Shown: one piece after another, positions 1 through 13,070 of the stretch | Numbering within the stretch: the stretch's first letter is position 1 | Layout of the letters: each line of letters begins with the position of its first letter | DNA from: Eledone cirrhosa | Lineage: Eukaryota | Direction: 5' to 3' | DNA length: 64,000 nt | Assembly (NCBI GenBank): GCA_964016885.1 | Contig: OZ024740.1 | Coordinates: 359,228,001 to 359,292,000 of the forward strand | Position numbers and translations under genes: made by a program | Notes under the pieces: generated by a model | What the model saw: the letters and a program-made list of their open reading frames with translations, nothing else | The model's database searches: none | What the model was told of the DNA's origin: nothing

Positions 1-400
1 TTCCTCTAATGGATTAGCTTGCCGATGAGGGCTAATAGTTCAGAATTTGTTGATTATTGGTTTACAATTAATCGATGATTAGCAGATTTTTTTTATAGTC
101 TGAAACATTATTGTATAAGCCTATAGGAGAATATATGTATTCTGGCAACTTTCTATTTTAAACAACAGAGATACCGACTCATTCTAATTATTGAAATTGT
201 GAGTACTTTAACATTTTCATATGTTAAGTTGTTAAATAATTAATTTTCCTCTGCTTCATTGCAAGGCTTCGTGACTGGAAATGTTCCCTTGCATCAATTT
301 AACCTAAGTGTCTGTTCCGATTTGATTTGTTGATCAAGTTGTAAGCAAAGAGGTTGAAATCATTGTATAGCAATCTAAGCCCTTATGTATATATATATTT

Positions 401-972
401 AAAAAGAAATAGGATTTCGCTTCAAGCATAGCTTTATACAATATGTATAAATATTTCGTATCTCCAAGGAAATACGGTTTTAGGAAGCCGTAGCTATGCA
501 AACACCGGGGGACTAACGCCCTCTGGTGATGTCCAGCAGAAGCAAGGGGAACAACCGTCTATGCATTTCAGGCTTAACTGGCCTTCGTCAGGACGGGTCC
601 CTCCCACCGCTTGCGACTGCTGGACTAGAAGACAGGCGAGAATATATACATTTCTCGTCTGTGTAAATGAGGTGATTAATCTCATTTGCATATGAAGCTG
701 CATAAGTTGGCTCAACTTATGATAAAAAAAAGAGAAAGCTATGCTTGAAGCGAAATCCGATTTCTTTTTTTATTATAAGTTGAGCCAACTTATGCAGATT
801 CATATACAAATGAGATTAATCACCTCATTTACACAGACGAGAAATGTATATATTCTCAGCTGTATTCTAGTCCAGCAGTCGCAAGCGGTGGGAGGGACCG
901 TCCTTACGAAGGCCAGTTAAGCCTGAAATGCATAGACGGTTGTCCCCCTTGCTTTTGCTGGACATCACCAGT
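401..972. mobile_element. Small non-coding foldback element (PLE pseudo-LTR-like) with ~200-bp inverted arms
   Basis: 522-722 is the reverse complement of 773-971; 401-435 is the reverse complement of 736-770; each long arm carries a hammerhead motif. Confidence 0.75.
555..596 (-). ncRNA. Minimal type I hammerhead ribozyme
   Basis: Minus strand reads CCGTC-CTGACGA-AGGC cagttaa GCCT-GAAA-TGCA-TA-GACGG: stems I and II pair and stem III is palindromic. The plus-strand partner at 897-940 has core CTTACGA (G5 mutated). Confidence 0.85.
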
Positions 973-1114
973 GTTAGAACACTGGAAGGTAATATCCGTA
1001 GCGGTAGAGCACTCAGTCCATGGGACGAGTTAGGTAGAAGTGGTTACACAACAGTTAGTTCACCATAGTTCACCAAGAACGGTATGGTGAACTAACTGTT
1101 GTGTAACCACTTCT
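972..1114. repeat. Short repeat ending in a perfect 33-bp hairpin; second copy at 2550-2674
   Basis: TAGAAGTGGTTACACAACAGTTAGTTCACCATA (from 1035) pairs with TATGGTGAACTAACTGTTGTGTAACCACTTCTA (to 1114); the same hairpin recurs at 2595-2674. Confidence 0.85.
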
Positions 1115-1191
1115 ATATATATATCAAGGTTTAGCAAATAGAGAAAAGTTTTAAAATAAATTTTAAAAAGTTCGCTGTACTTACTATATGT

Positions 1192-1275
1192 ACCCTTACC
1201 GCGCGATTTCAAATCCCAAAATAAATGGATAATCCAGGCGGAACCCCATTGAGAAGGGGATTCTCGTCAGAAGGT
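1192..1275 (-). ncRNA. Type I hammerhead ribozyme with enlarged stem II loop
   Basis: Minus strand: ACCTT-CTGACGA-GAATCCC...GGGATTT-GAAA-TCGCGCGG-TA-AGGGT. Confidence 0.7.
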
Positions 1276-1624
1276 TCTTCTCGCTCGGAGAATATAAAAT
1301 TCCCGAGTTCAAATCACAAACTGGCGCCTTATAAAACTGTTCCCGGATGAGAGTGAATGAGGATGAAACCAATTTTGTCTAGTGCCGTGTGTAAAGACAG
1401 CAGGCATGGGCAGGCAGGTCAATGTCCTGCCACTAGAAATAGCAGCAGTTCAAACGACCAAAATGTTATCTCAACCTTAGGGGAGATTAATAATAATAAA
1501 GTATGTGTTCCTACGTGTAAAAAATACACACAGGGACACAAGTATTATCCAACTGTATGCCAATGTGGTTCAATGGCAGGTTAATAAATTAACGAGCCAG
1601 AACATATAATATATATATATATAT

Positions 1625-2421
1625 AGTATTAAGGATACTATTTATGGTTATGCAAATACAAAAACCTTTTGTAGTTATATATATTTTTACAAACCCTAAA
1701 TAGTGATAGGCAGTAATATATTACTACCTTATTACCAGTAAGTTAAATAGCTCAATGTAATAACATCAGATGTTTTACAGAGCAGTTATATATAAGTTAT
1801 AAGAATCAAAGTTCTGTTCAAATCATTTATATGCTTACAATTGTTTCCTCCAAACCGAGGTTTGGTTTCTTCGGAGCAATTTATTAATGAATGAACACAT
1901 ATATGACCTCCTTTTCAACCCAAGAGACATACAGATACATATGCAAACATTGTTGCTTGGTGGGTTGACATCCATTATGACATTTAGTGTGGCAGTATAC
2001 ATTTAGAGATTACATTCATATTAAAAGAGGATAAATCAAAAATTCAGGACACTCTGCCGCACTATAACATTATATAGATAAGACACGCGTGCTTGCCATA
2101 CGTGTAACTATTGCACTCAATAACTGCTTATGACTATCCTATCGCATTAATTTCATGTTGTATTTTAACCTGAATTTTTGATTTTATCCTCTTTTAATAT
2201 GAATGTAATCTCTAAATGTATACTGCCACACTAAATGTCAAAATGGATGTCAACCCACCAAGCAACAATGTTTGCATATGTATCTGTATGTCTCTTGGGT
2301 TGAAAAGGAGGTCATATATGTGTTCATTCATTAATAAATTGCTCCGAAGAATCCAAACCTCGGTTTGGAGGAAACAATTGTAAGCATATAAATGATTTGA
2401 ACAGAACTTTGATTCTTATAA

Positions 2422-2429
<8 letters not shown>
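1625..2429. mobile_element. Non-autonomous foldback derivative of the Naiad-type PLE at 53071-57795
   Basis: Inverted arms 1789-2048 and 2169-2429; 1625-2030 is clearly similar to 53071-53470; both ends lie in (TA)n. Confidence 0.85.
2340..2386 (+). ncRNA. Minimal hammerhead, CCGAAGA core variant (inverse copy at 1832-1878, minus)
   Basis: TGCT-CCGAAGA-a TCCAAAC ctcg GTTTGGA g-GAAA-CAATTG-TA-AGCA. Confidence 0.75.
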
Positions 2430-2502
<73 letters not shown>

Positions 2503-2968
2503 TCCTTCATTATATATATATAAATTCTTTCATTATATATATATATATAGTGTTAGTAGAACACTGGAAGGTAATATCCATGGGACGAGTTAGGTAGAAG
2601 TGGTTACACAACAGTTAGTTCACCATAGTTCACCAAGAACGGTATGGTGAACTAACTGTTGTGTAACCACTTCTATATATATATATATAAATTCCTTCAT
2701 TGAGTTAAACTGGTATTGGATGGACTCCCGCATCTTTATGTCTATACATGTGCATAAAGTTATATATATCTTCAATTAATTTGTTAATTACTCTCCTATG
2801 GTAGAGTATAAATTTGGTTGGATCGGGCTCCTTTTTCTTTTGGCAGCCCGTTACTTGCCATTGTCCACCTACCACTGCGCTTCATTTGATCGTTAATCAT
2901 GTGATAATTCTTCCATTCGAAATTATCACTGGTAGTGGATAACTGGGAAGAATATTTCTTGACTGAGA

Positions 2969-3041
2969 ACTTCCCTGATGAGCTGAGACTTCTCTGAGTG
3001 AACAAAAACTGCGATTACTCAGCGAAACTGCAGTCCAGAGT
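2969..3041 (+). ncRNA. Hammerhead-like motif with degenerate stem I
   Basis: CTGATGA-GCTGAG...CTCAGC-GAAA-CTGCAG-TC; core, stem II and palindromic stem III are intact but the first two stem I pairs mismatch. Confidence 0.55.
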
Positions 3042-3113
3042 ATATAGGTAAAACTTTTCTCATCTTGACTACTTTCCCCCAATATAATTATATATATATA
3101 TATATATGTATGA

Positions 3114-3702
3114 ACAATTAAGTTAAAAATGTACATCTACATATGCATACTGAAATACTAGTGTGTATATGAATACACACACGTATACATATGTAGGTGT
3201 AACGAGTCTTTCACTGGTTGCTTTACTGTGAGCAACCCAGCTATTCTGTATGTAAACACACAGACAAACCGGTTTTTAGAGTAATACTGGTTTTCGAGGA
3301 AACGCCTTTCCTCTATTCTCCAGAAAGCCAGACAAGGAATATTGAACTAGTTTCGTTGTTGTTACAACTCATCAGCAATATTTACCTATCTACCGGCCTT
3401 TCTGGAGAATCGTAAAAGCACATATCGTTATATGCTTTTTCTATGAAAATTAGTAGTGGGCAGACTAATTTGCATAGAGTGTGAGTACGCACCGGTTCAG
3501 CGGAGACGATAAAAACAAATAACGAAACGAAATTAAATTTCGTTTCGTTTGTAACTCACTTTTGTATGACTGACGCTTAAACAATTAAGTTAAAAATGTA
3601 CATCTACATATGCATACTGAAATACTAGTGTGTATATGAATGCACACACGTATACATATGTAGGTGTAACGAGTCTTTCACTGGTTGCTTTACTGTGAGC
3701 AA
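3114..3702 (-). mobile_element. Partial-tandem (~467-bp unit) hammerhead-containing non-coding element
   Basis: 3114-3235 is repeated directly at 3581-3702, with a hammerhead between the copies and (TA)n flanks. Confidence 0.7.
3338..3382 (-). ncRNA. Minimal type I hammerhead ribozyme
   Basis: Minus strand: AATATTG-CTGATGA-GTTGT aaca ACAAC-GAAA-CTAG-TT-CAATATT. Confidence 0.85.
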
Positions 3703-3719
3703 GTATATATATATATATA

Positions 3720-3849
3720 TAGGAACGAGTAGGACCCCTGCGGCTGAGCTCAAGCCGTTTCGACGTTCCTATTACCCACTCTACTACCCTAAGTATTGAG
3801 TACTTTCGTGCGTTATGGTCCATCTGGTTCCCTACCACATTTCCTTCGT

Positions 3850-3944
<95 letters not shown>

Positions 3945-4064
3945 AATAACGAAGGAAGTGTGGTAAGGAACCAGACGGACCATAACGCACCAGAGTACTC
4001 CAGAGTAGTCCAGAAATAGCCGTTGAAACGGCTTGAGCTCTGCCGTCGGAGTCATAAACCTTTT

Positions 4065-4068
<4 letters not shown>
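3720..4068. repeat. Small rearranged repeat family in (TA)n; related copy at 30426-30570
   Basis: Shared segments ATAACGAAGGAA(A/G)TGTGGTAAGGAACCAG and CGGCTGAGCTCAAGCCGTTTCGAC occur in both orientations. Confidence 0.7.
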
Positions 4069-4163
<95 letters not shown>

Positions 4164-5272
4164 ATGACTTAACACCCTAGGCAAATTAACCCTTTAGCAG
4201 TATATCCTCCTCCAAGATTTCACCAACGCCTAACTACTATATAATACAGAACAAGCAACCACATAGAAACACCCAAATCAGCTAGCCCTGGAGGACTTCC
4301 ACGAAGATAATCGGATAAATGAAAGCATTCAGATGTCAAACTAAATGCTTTACACCCCCCTGAATCTGGAAGTTTCCGTTGAGGATAGAATGAGCAATCG
4401 AATGGCTGTGAACCCCCTTTTGTGACAAAATTTTCTCCATTCCCCTAAATCTGAAATTTCTGCTAGAGATGGAATTAATAGTTCGATAACTCTGAATCTT
4501 CTTTGTGACAAAAAAAGGTCAATGCTGATGTTTTCTTCTAAGAAAAAATACCAAGATAGATATTTTTAGAAGCAATCAACTCTAAGGTCACCCTGCCTTC
4601 AAACCAATCCCAGCTGGAACTTGTATCCACTCCTCAAAGGGCTACACTCAGCAGCCTGCCAACACCCTCTTCCCTCCTCTTCTCCCCCCCCCCCCCTACT
4701 CTCTACCAAGCTAGAAGCAGAGTAGGACAGACACAGAGAAATGACTGCTCTGAAAGAACATGTATGTAAAAATTTATTGATTTTTTTTCTTCCCCTTTTT
4801 ATTTTATTTTCATTGCCGTCATCATTATTATTACTATTATCACTATTTGTACAAATATGCAACTTAACAATATTCTGCATATCCGCAATTGACAATGCAT
4901 TTAATGCTGAAACCGGTATTGTAAATAAATTAATGTTTTCATATCTCTCGGAAAAAAATCTCTTCAACATTTTCTACTGAAAGAATCTTTTTCCTTTCTA
5001 CTATTTGTCTTTATATATATGTATATATAAGTTTATCCCGGGTTTAATCGGGGGTAACCACAGTAGTAAGTGATAATTTCTCCCTAATGAACCAGTTCTA
5101 GTCTTGTAGAAGCCATTTCTATATTATATATACATATATATATGTGTGTGTGTGTGTGTGTGTATGTGTGTGTCTGTGTATGTGTGTGTGTATGTCGCAT
5201 GGTCGGATTGTCGGCGATTAAACCGGCAACCCCACCAAGTTTACTGAGTGTCATTATTGATATATATATTAT

Positions 5273-5324
<52 letters not shown>

Positions 5325-5327
<3 letters not shown>

Positions 5328-5790
5328 AAGGTTATATTTAATTTGTTGGAATTCAACAAACTTAAAAGTTTTATAACTGATATAAAACACTCAACAAATT
5401 AGTGGAGTAAATATTCATTATATTAATAAATGGAAACTATATTTATAAAACCATAATTATTTTATTATATATATAGCGGTGGATTGGCAGTATCGGTAGA
5501 GGGTCGGACACCATGCTTTGACGCATAGAGTTACGGCCCTTGTCATTCGGAGTTCAAATCCCGCCGAGGTTAACTTTGCCTTTCATCCTTACGGCGTCGA
5601 TAAAATAAAGTACCAGTAATGTACTGGGTAATTGCTGGCCTTGTGCCAAAAAGTAGAAACAATTATATATATTTCAAGGGCAACCAAAGCAAATTTTGGT
5701 CCGCTTTCATCAGATAAAATACAAAATGTGTTTTATAAATGTTGACATACCCGCAGAAGAACAACCTTGACGGTTGGAGGTTCGCTAGAT
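5325..5790 (-). mobile_element. Hammerhead-bearing small element interrupted by a SINE; same family as 12420-12775
   Basis: Shares AATAAATGGAAACTATATTTATAAA(A)CCATA with the 12420-12775 element; minus-strand CTGATGA...GAAA-TATATA-TA at 5662-5720. Confidence 0.65.
5476..5662 (+). mobile_element. tRNA-derived SINE (Nin/Deu-like central domain)
   Basis: A box TGGCAGTATCGG, B box GAGTTCAAATCC, conserved TTTGCCTTTCATCCTT..GTCGATAAAATAAAGTACCAGT; many copies in this window. Confidence 0.85.
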
Positions 5791-6302
5791 AGTGGAAAAA
5801 AAATTTTATTGAGGGTGATTCAAAGTTATGTGTGAGTATGCAAATGAATGTCAGAAAAAAATGAAAAAACAACGGTTTATTTAAATTATACTGTTGGAAG
5901 AAGAGAGAGAGAGAAGATTTTCATCATGGAATTATTCGGTCATTTCTTAATAAATTGGCTATTTTTTTATTCTTATTATTTTTTATGTTATGGAATAGGA
6001 ACTAGACTTCTTGTATTTTTCGTCTTGTAATAGTTTCGCTACTTTCTTTAATAGATTAGTATCTTATTTAATCATAATTATGTTTTACATTCGAGTATGT
6101 ATATTATCTTTATTTGAAAACTGGGCCTTCCGATGCGCCTCATCTTGGGGTATTTTTTAGGGTATACGGGAGAGGGTGGAACACAGCCTATTACGTAACG
6201 GGGTTGTAGTCGCGTCAGGTAATAATAGATATTGTTTAATATCTATTCTTATACAGAATCTGCATAACCAGTATTGAGAACCTTACTTATTTTTCCTTTT
6301 TT

Positions 6303-6434
<132 letters not shown>

Positions 6435-8051
6435 TGTGTATGTGTATGTGTGTGTATACGTATGTTTGTGAGTGTGTGTATGTGTGCGCGTGTGTGTGTG
6501 CGTGTGTGGTATATTTATGTTTCAGATGAAAAAAGTTGAGATGAGAATAAATAACGATATAACCACTAGAGTAGAGTTATTTCAGTTGAATGTTTGATCA
6601 TCAATTATAAATTCAAGTAGAACAGTGTTTCTTCTTTGTTATTTTGTGGCTCTTTTTTTTCTGAATTTATCATTTACATCTCCTATCCTCTATATAATAT
6701 AAAGTGCATGTTAATCTTCAATCCTTTTCTCAATCCGTCACGTTTCCTTAACGAAGATACTTAAACAGATTATACATTCTTGCTTTTGAACGTTTCTACA
6801 TTAGATAGTCAGTTATGTTGATATATTATTTTGATTTTTTTATCAATAAAAATGGATTTTTGTTTTTTGTAAATGTTTTATTTTTACATTCAACCAATTT
6901 TACATCTAGTTAAAATGGCAATTTTCTTATATTCGATTTTTGTGCAAAACTGACTCTGTCACCAAATTATAGGTAAACTCTCAAACGAAACAATTGATTC
7001 TTTGAAGTGCTGTGATATAGTGCAAATCATTTCAAGATAGTCGTTTGACAAATCCTGTCAATTTCTATTCATGCAGTTTAGATCACTTCACTTAAACTTT
7101 TAATTTCAATTTATTATCATGGGATTCATTCATTAACTATCATAATACTTCCTCGTTTGATCGATTTATTGATTCTTCAAATAGTTCATGCAAAGTTCTC
7201 TTCTGTTATTAAACATTATTCGTATCGATACTCAATATGAGCATAGAATTCATTTTTCTGATAATTACCATATTACTAAGAATACAAACGACATTTTCAA
7301 GATTTCAGCATTCTATAAAGAACACTAAATTTCATTAAAGTGCATATATTGTCTGAGATAATTATATCCCATTTGGCCAAACTTATATTTTAGACTCGTT
7401 CATAACTCGTTTATATGCAATTATTTTCTGTATAGAAAGAGAAGTGCATTTTAAAGATTAAGCTTAGAATTTAATTATATATTGTTTGTTGCAAAAATAT
7501 GAACACGTGCCGATAGTTATATTATAGTAGTATAAACTCAGTTCCGAATAAACTTAACTTACTCAAGATAAACTTAATGCCAGACAAATAACCATGGCAG
7601 ATATTTTACCATGGAATCAGCCGGTGGAAGCTGATTGTAAAATTCTTACACCCAATAACTGCAGTACAGAATTCTCTATATTGTAGTATGATATATTGAT
7701 TCTAAACGCTGAACTGGGATTTAGATAAATAAATTTTGATTTCTTAGTCGGTTAATTTCCTGTTTAATACTTTCTGGATATCTATTTCCAAATATTTATC
7801 CTTTCAAAACGTTCTTATGATACGGTTTCTTCCTCAATACCCATTTGGGGTTGGCGCTGAAGGAAATAACCTTAGCAATATAATCCATAAACTCCTGCAA
7901 TTTCGAACCTGAAATGTTTTCTCTCCAAGCAACAGTTAATAATTGAATGCTGGCAAGAAGATGTTCTTTTCTGTAGTCAAAGCACCACAATCTTCCAAGT
8001 GTAAATTGAAAACAGGTTATAATTGTCTATACATATGCATATATATATATA

Positions 8052-8703
8052 AATACAAATATAAATTATCGAGAATCGCATTTCGGCCCACGAAATAACG
8101 AAAAACAACCTCCGATATGTGTGGCAAGTGCTCAATGATTCAGATGAACCAGAGCTATAACAAACGTTAAAGGCCAAACACACTGAGACGATGGTTAAAC
8201 AATCATTCGCGTAGCCAAAAAAACGATCAAGTAATTCGGGTCAAACAAATAAAAAATATCTCTGATTGAAAATTTACTCGGACCCCTGGAAGGTTGGTAA
8301 AATCCAGCATTTGGGTTTCTGCGGCTTCTAAATCAATTACTGTCCGCTTACATACATAATGTTAGGCTTCTGGTAAGATGATTGGACAAGGAAGCCACTT
8401 TCTCAACAGGTTTTAGTTCAATGTTAATACAAGGACTGGCTATTGCTGACCCCACGTGGGGATCGGCAAGGGAGGCAACCCCTATATCAAGCGAATGAAT
8501 TCAGTTGTGTATATTATTGCAAGAATGCAAAAACATCACAAATCGAACAGAAGGGTTAAAATTAACATAAGCTATTCATCAGTCAATAGAATCAACTAAA
8601 AAATCAAGAAAATTAAGTGGTCAATAGCTAGAGTCTGGAGATTAATACAAATATAAATTATCGAGAATCGCATTTCGGCCCACGAAATAACGAAAAACAA
8701 CCT
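8052..8703. repeat. ~60-bp direct repeat bounding a ~590-bp unit
   Basis: AATACAAATATAAATTATCGAGAATCGCATTTCGGCCCACGAAATAACGAAAAACAACCT occurs at ~8052 and ~8644. Confidence 0.75.
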
Positions 8704-9734
8704 ATATGTATATATATATAAATCAAGAAAGAAGAGTGACATGGTTTGCTATACATTGCTGACAATTGTTTCTCTGATCGCTACCCGCCTGTTTTTGCGT
8801 CAATCGATCACCAATACTTTGTTATAACCAGTCAATTCATCAGAGCATGCGAGAATGAAGGGAATACACAGGCATGGTTTCTATATATAGTAGTCGCATT
8901 AAATCAGAACAATAATAACAATACTAACAATATCAGCAATACTCGAATAAATTAGCTAGACCCTAAATAGTTAAAATAATCACAACATCATTCTAAGTAA
9001 GACATAGAGTATACTGATGACTTTAGCATGTAAAACGAGCTGATACGAAGCAGATGTATGAAATTGACATGTAAAAGCTGTCATGGTGTGTATTATATAT
9101 AGTGTAGAGATAACCTGGGGCTTGAAACAATGGACCATTTACTTTACTGTAGGTTTGCTGACCGTAAGAATTATTTATTATCTGATAGATAAAATATTTT
9201 CATTGTAGTGAGGATGGTAGTTTTTATGTGGTGTAAAGCGGATTCATTATTTAAGTGGTCTAAATTAGATGAAGGGATTGTTAGTTCGAATCATGAGGTT
9301 GTTTAGCTTTCACAGCATCAATAACAAATCATGCATGGATAAGACAACAATAATAATAATAACAGCAATATAGTATGTAAGTTAATACAGAGGTTAAGGA
9401 AGCAAGGTAATATAGAGAGAACATGATGACTACAATTACGGATACATTGGGGTGTTCATTATAACAACAGGGGGAAGGTGATATTTCAAGGACTGTGGTA
9501 GTAGTCAAATAATGTACTTGGAATTAAGTTCATCTGTTGAGAATCAAGAGTGAGGAGGTTGTGTTGGCAGCAGCCGAGAAGAGATATATTTATGGGTTGA
9601 TAAGATATTTGCAGACATTACTGTGGTATAGAATTAAGGAGGCTAGAAGCTGCTTAAAGAATATTATAGTTCTGTGGTGGTCTGTGTGAGAGTGCGGATT
9701 TCATATGCTGAATGCTAAGTTTTGTTGGTTCAAA

Positions 9735-11750
9735 TCACGGTGGCTTAAATCTTGTGAATTTAGTAGCGATCCTGTGTCTGCAGAAAATTGACCTTTCTAT
9801 CTTGTTGTTGAGTAGCCTTTTATCGTTCCTAAGGATATATAGTAATTCAAGGTCGCAGAGCCTACAATAGGGCATACCGGTAGTATATGCCCTTGTGGCC
9901 GACAACCTCGACCAGTTGATATTGTAGTCGATGTTTTTGTCCTTAAGTTCCCAGAATTTTTTGGCGAGGGTTGTAGAACCTATTAGTGCACGGTTCTTCA
10001 TCGAATGTCTGTGCACATACCATCCTTTTTTAAAAGTACCCGCGGTGGATCCAATGTAATGCCAAGTTGATTTGCTCGAGTTCACCGCATACATGTACAC
10101 TAGGCGCGAATCAAGGCACCTGTTCGCTAATGGGCACCTATCTGGTAGGTGACAATTACAGTTTGAGGTGTTATTCCGTGCAGCTTCCACACTGCTGTTT
10201 TGTACACTGCTATAAGTGGGTTGTGATTCGTACCCGTTGAGGTTTTGCTGCGGCGCGCTCGTATGCGTTTGCGGTTGTGATACTGTGATGTGTTTATGTT
10301 TAGAATTTGGTGCTATGTTGCGCATAGGTGGGGCGGTTTCCCTAGAGGTATTTCTATGGTTGATCTTGCGTATGTGAGATTCTATATTTGCAGCCGTAGA
10401 GTATGAGAGTTTTATAGTTTTTCTATTGAGGATTTTATGATATCTATGTGATATAGGGAAGTGTTTATCTATTAGTTTAAAAAACGTAGAAGGCAGTCTA
10501 GTTTTTACAGAGGAGTTGAAGATTGGATTAAACCACAGGTATTTTCTTTCTCTAATTCTTCTATAGTTTCTAGGGTTTACATTATTCGTGTTTGGACCAC
10601 CTACTCTAGGTGCTATTTGCCTACCTCTATGTCTATTCCTGTTACCTCTATTTCTGTGTGAGCGGTTGGTGTCAGTGTTAGTGGGTTTGTTTGAGTTGTC
10701 TTTATCCGTTATAAATTGTAGCTTTTCTTTGTGTCCGGCCCTATGTAATGCCGCGTTATAATAGTTAGCATCCTCATTAAAAATTTCTAGGTTTGAGGAT
10801 AAGCGGGATATTCTAAGGGATATACTACGTGCTATGGATCTGATTATGGATCGGGGGTGGTTTGAATTATAACTAATGTAGGCCAGATTCTCATTATTTT
10901 TGTGGAAGGGTTCTATTAATCCCGTATTTAGATTTAGAGTTACATCTAGAAAGTTTGCCTTTTTATGATTCAGTTCGTAGGTAATACTTAGGCCTAGCTT
11001 TTTTAAGAATGTTCTAATGTTTTTTCTTAATCTTTCTATGCTCTGGTTATTTAAGTTCCGAGCTATAAGGAGCGTGTCATATCTATAAATCCCTCCTTGG
11101 AGGTTATTGAATTCTTTATGTAGGTTGTGAGCTATAAATAACCCCACGACGTCAGTGATTTGCGCTGAATCGTTCGATCCCATTATGATATCGAAGCTGT
11201 TTATCCTATCTTTTCTTACCCAATAGCTATTTTAAAATGTTATGATAGTCCTTCTAGCAGCTAGTATTATTTCAATTTCATCAGGGGTGAGATCGGAGTT
11301 ATTTTGGGCAAATATAAGCGCTTTATCTAGGGTGGCTGGGGATATGGACGCGTAGTAATCGTTTATATTGAATTGTATGAAGTTGCATGTTTCTCTATTT
11401 CCTATTTTACTGAACCATTCAATCGCCTCGTTAGTGTTACACCATAAATTGATTTCTAGTTTTCCCTTTATTTGTGCGATACCCTAACTAGAATATTCTT
11501 GCTAATGTTAGCTATATCCGACTTAGATGGGCATATTAATCTGATAGTAGGATTTACTTCAAAATTATTTTTGTGATCCTTAAGGTTAAATGTGGGGTTT
11601 CATGGGGTTAGAGGCTCGGTTCTATCGGATATTCCGAGTGTATTTACTACCCTAAGACCCTCCTTGTTAATACTGGTGAGTGTGGATTCATTTGTTTTTT
11701 TGTATTTTTTGTGTAGTTCACGCTGAATGAAGTTATTGTATGTGTTAAAG
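9735..11750 (-). pseudogene. PLE reverse transcriptase + C-terminal GIY-YIG endonuclease (open 9735-11183, disrupted upstream)
   Basis: Motifs IRLICPSKSD, FIQFNINDYYASIS, MGSND, GIYRYD (decayed YRDD), NFLDVTLNL, CNC..CPL..CL, VY..YIGST, CRLC, CRH. Confidence 0.9.
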
Positions 11751-12049
11751 TAAAGTAAATGGTCCATTGTTTCAAGCCCCAGGTTATCTCTACACTATAT
11801 ATAATACACACCATGACAGCTTTTACATGTCAATTTCATACATCTGCTTCGTATCAGCTCGTTTTACATGCTAAAGTCATCAGTATACTCTATGTCTTAC
11901 TTAGATTGATGTTGTGATTATTTTAACTATTTACGGTCTAGCTAATTTATTCGAGTATTGCTGATATTGTTAGTATTGTTATTATTGTTCTGATTTAATG
12001 CGACTACTATATATAGAAGCCATGCCTGTGTATTCCCTTCATTCTCGCA

Positions 12050-12157
12050 TGCTCTGATGAATTGACTGGTTATAACAAAGTATTGGTGATCGATTGACGC
12101 AAAAACAGGCGGGTAGCGATCTCTAGACCTACCAGTTCAGAGAAACAATTGTCAGCA
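12050..12157 (+). ncRNA. Hammerhead in pseudo-LTR with ~60-nt insert in stem II
   Basis: TGCT-CTGATGA-attGACTGGT...ACCAGTTcaga-GAAA-CAATTG-TC-AGCA; the partner at ~8757-8847 (minus) has lost the 3' arm of stem II. Confidence 0.65.
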
Positions 12158-12381
12158 ATGTGAATAAAGCCCTTACTGTATAGCAAACCATGTCACTCTT
12201 CTTTCTTGATTTATTATTACTCCAAGTGTAAACTACATAGAATTCACCGCGTACTCGCAGCATCACTATGGAAACGTCTTGTTGAGTCAAACTTAGCCAA
12301 GCGTTAATACTATCCACTACTCGGAGTACCCTAACTGGACTACATCTAAGTGGACTACCTATAACAATAATTTGTTATCCC

Positions 12382-12417
<36 letters not shown>

Positions 12418-12419
12418 AG

Positions 12420-12907
<488 letters not shown>

Positions 12908-13027
12908 CAAACATAGAATATTCGAAAATATTCTGTATGTTTATAATAAACATTTTGAAGACCCAATCGCTATAGAATAGAATACGTCACGTATTACAAT
13001 TTGAGATTCTCGATAAAAGCAAGGGAA

Positions 13028-13070
13028 GTAACCTACGCGTTTCATTCTTATTAGAAATCATCAGGATTAC
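13028..13070 (-). ncRNA. Minimal hammerhead (312-bp unit 1)
   Basis: Reverse complement of GTAATC-CTGATGA-t TTCT aata AGAA t-GAAA-CGCG-TA-GGTTAC. Confidence 0.85.

Larger units (their letters stand above)
8720..12380 (-). mobile_element. Penelope-like retroelement, Naiad-type, 5'-truncated with inverted pseudo-LTR
   Basis: Inverted arms ~8720-9148 and ~11749-12212 enclose RT plus GIY-YIG coding sequence; (TA)n on both sides. Confidence 0.9.

Noticed and set aside
3990-4055. Hammerhead in the 3720/30426 family (GAAA-CGGC...GCCG-TC)
   Set aside because: A stem III-like half is present but there is no recognisable CTGANGA core
5476-5570. tRNA genes
   Set aside because: The A/B boxes belong to SINE heads followed by a shared body; no intact cloverleaf is evident
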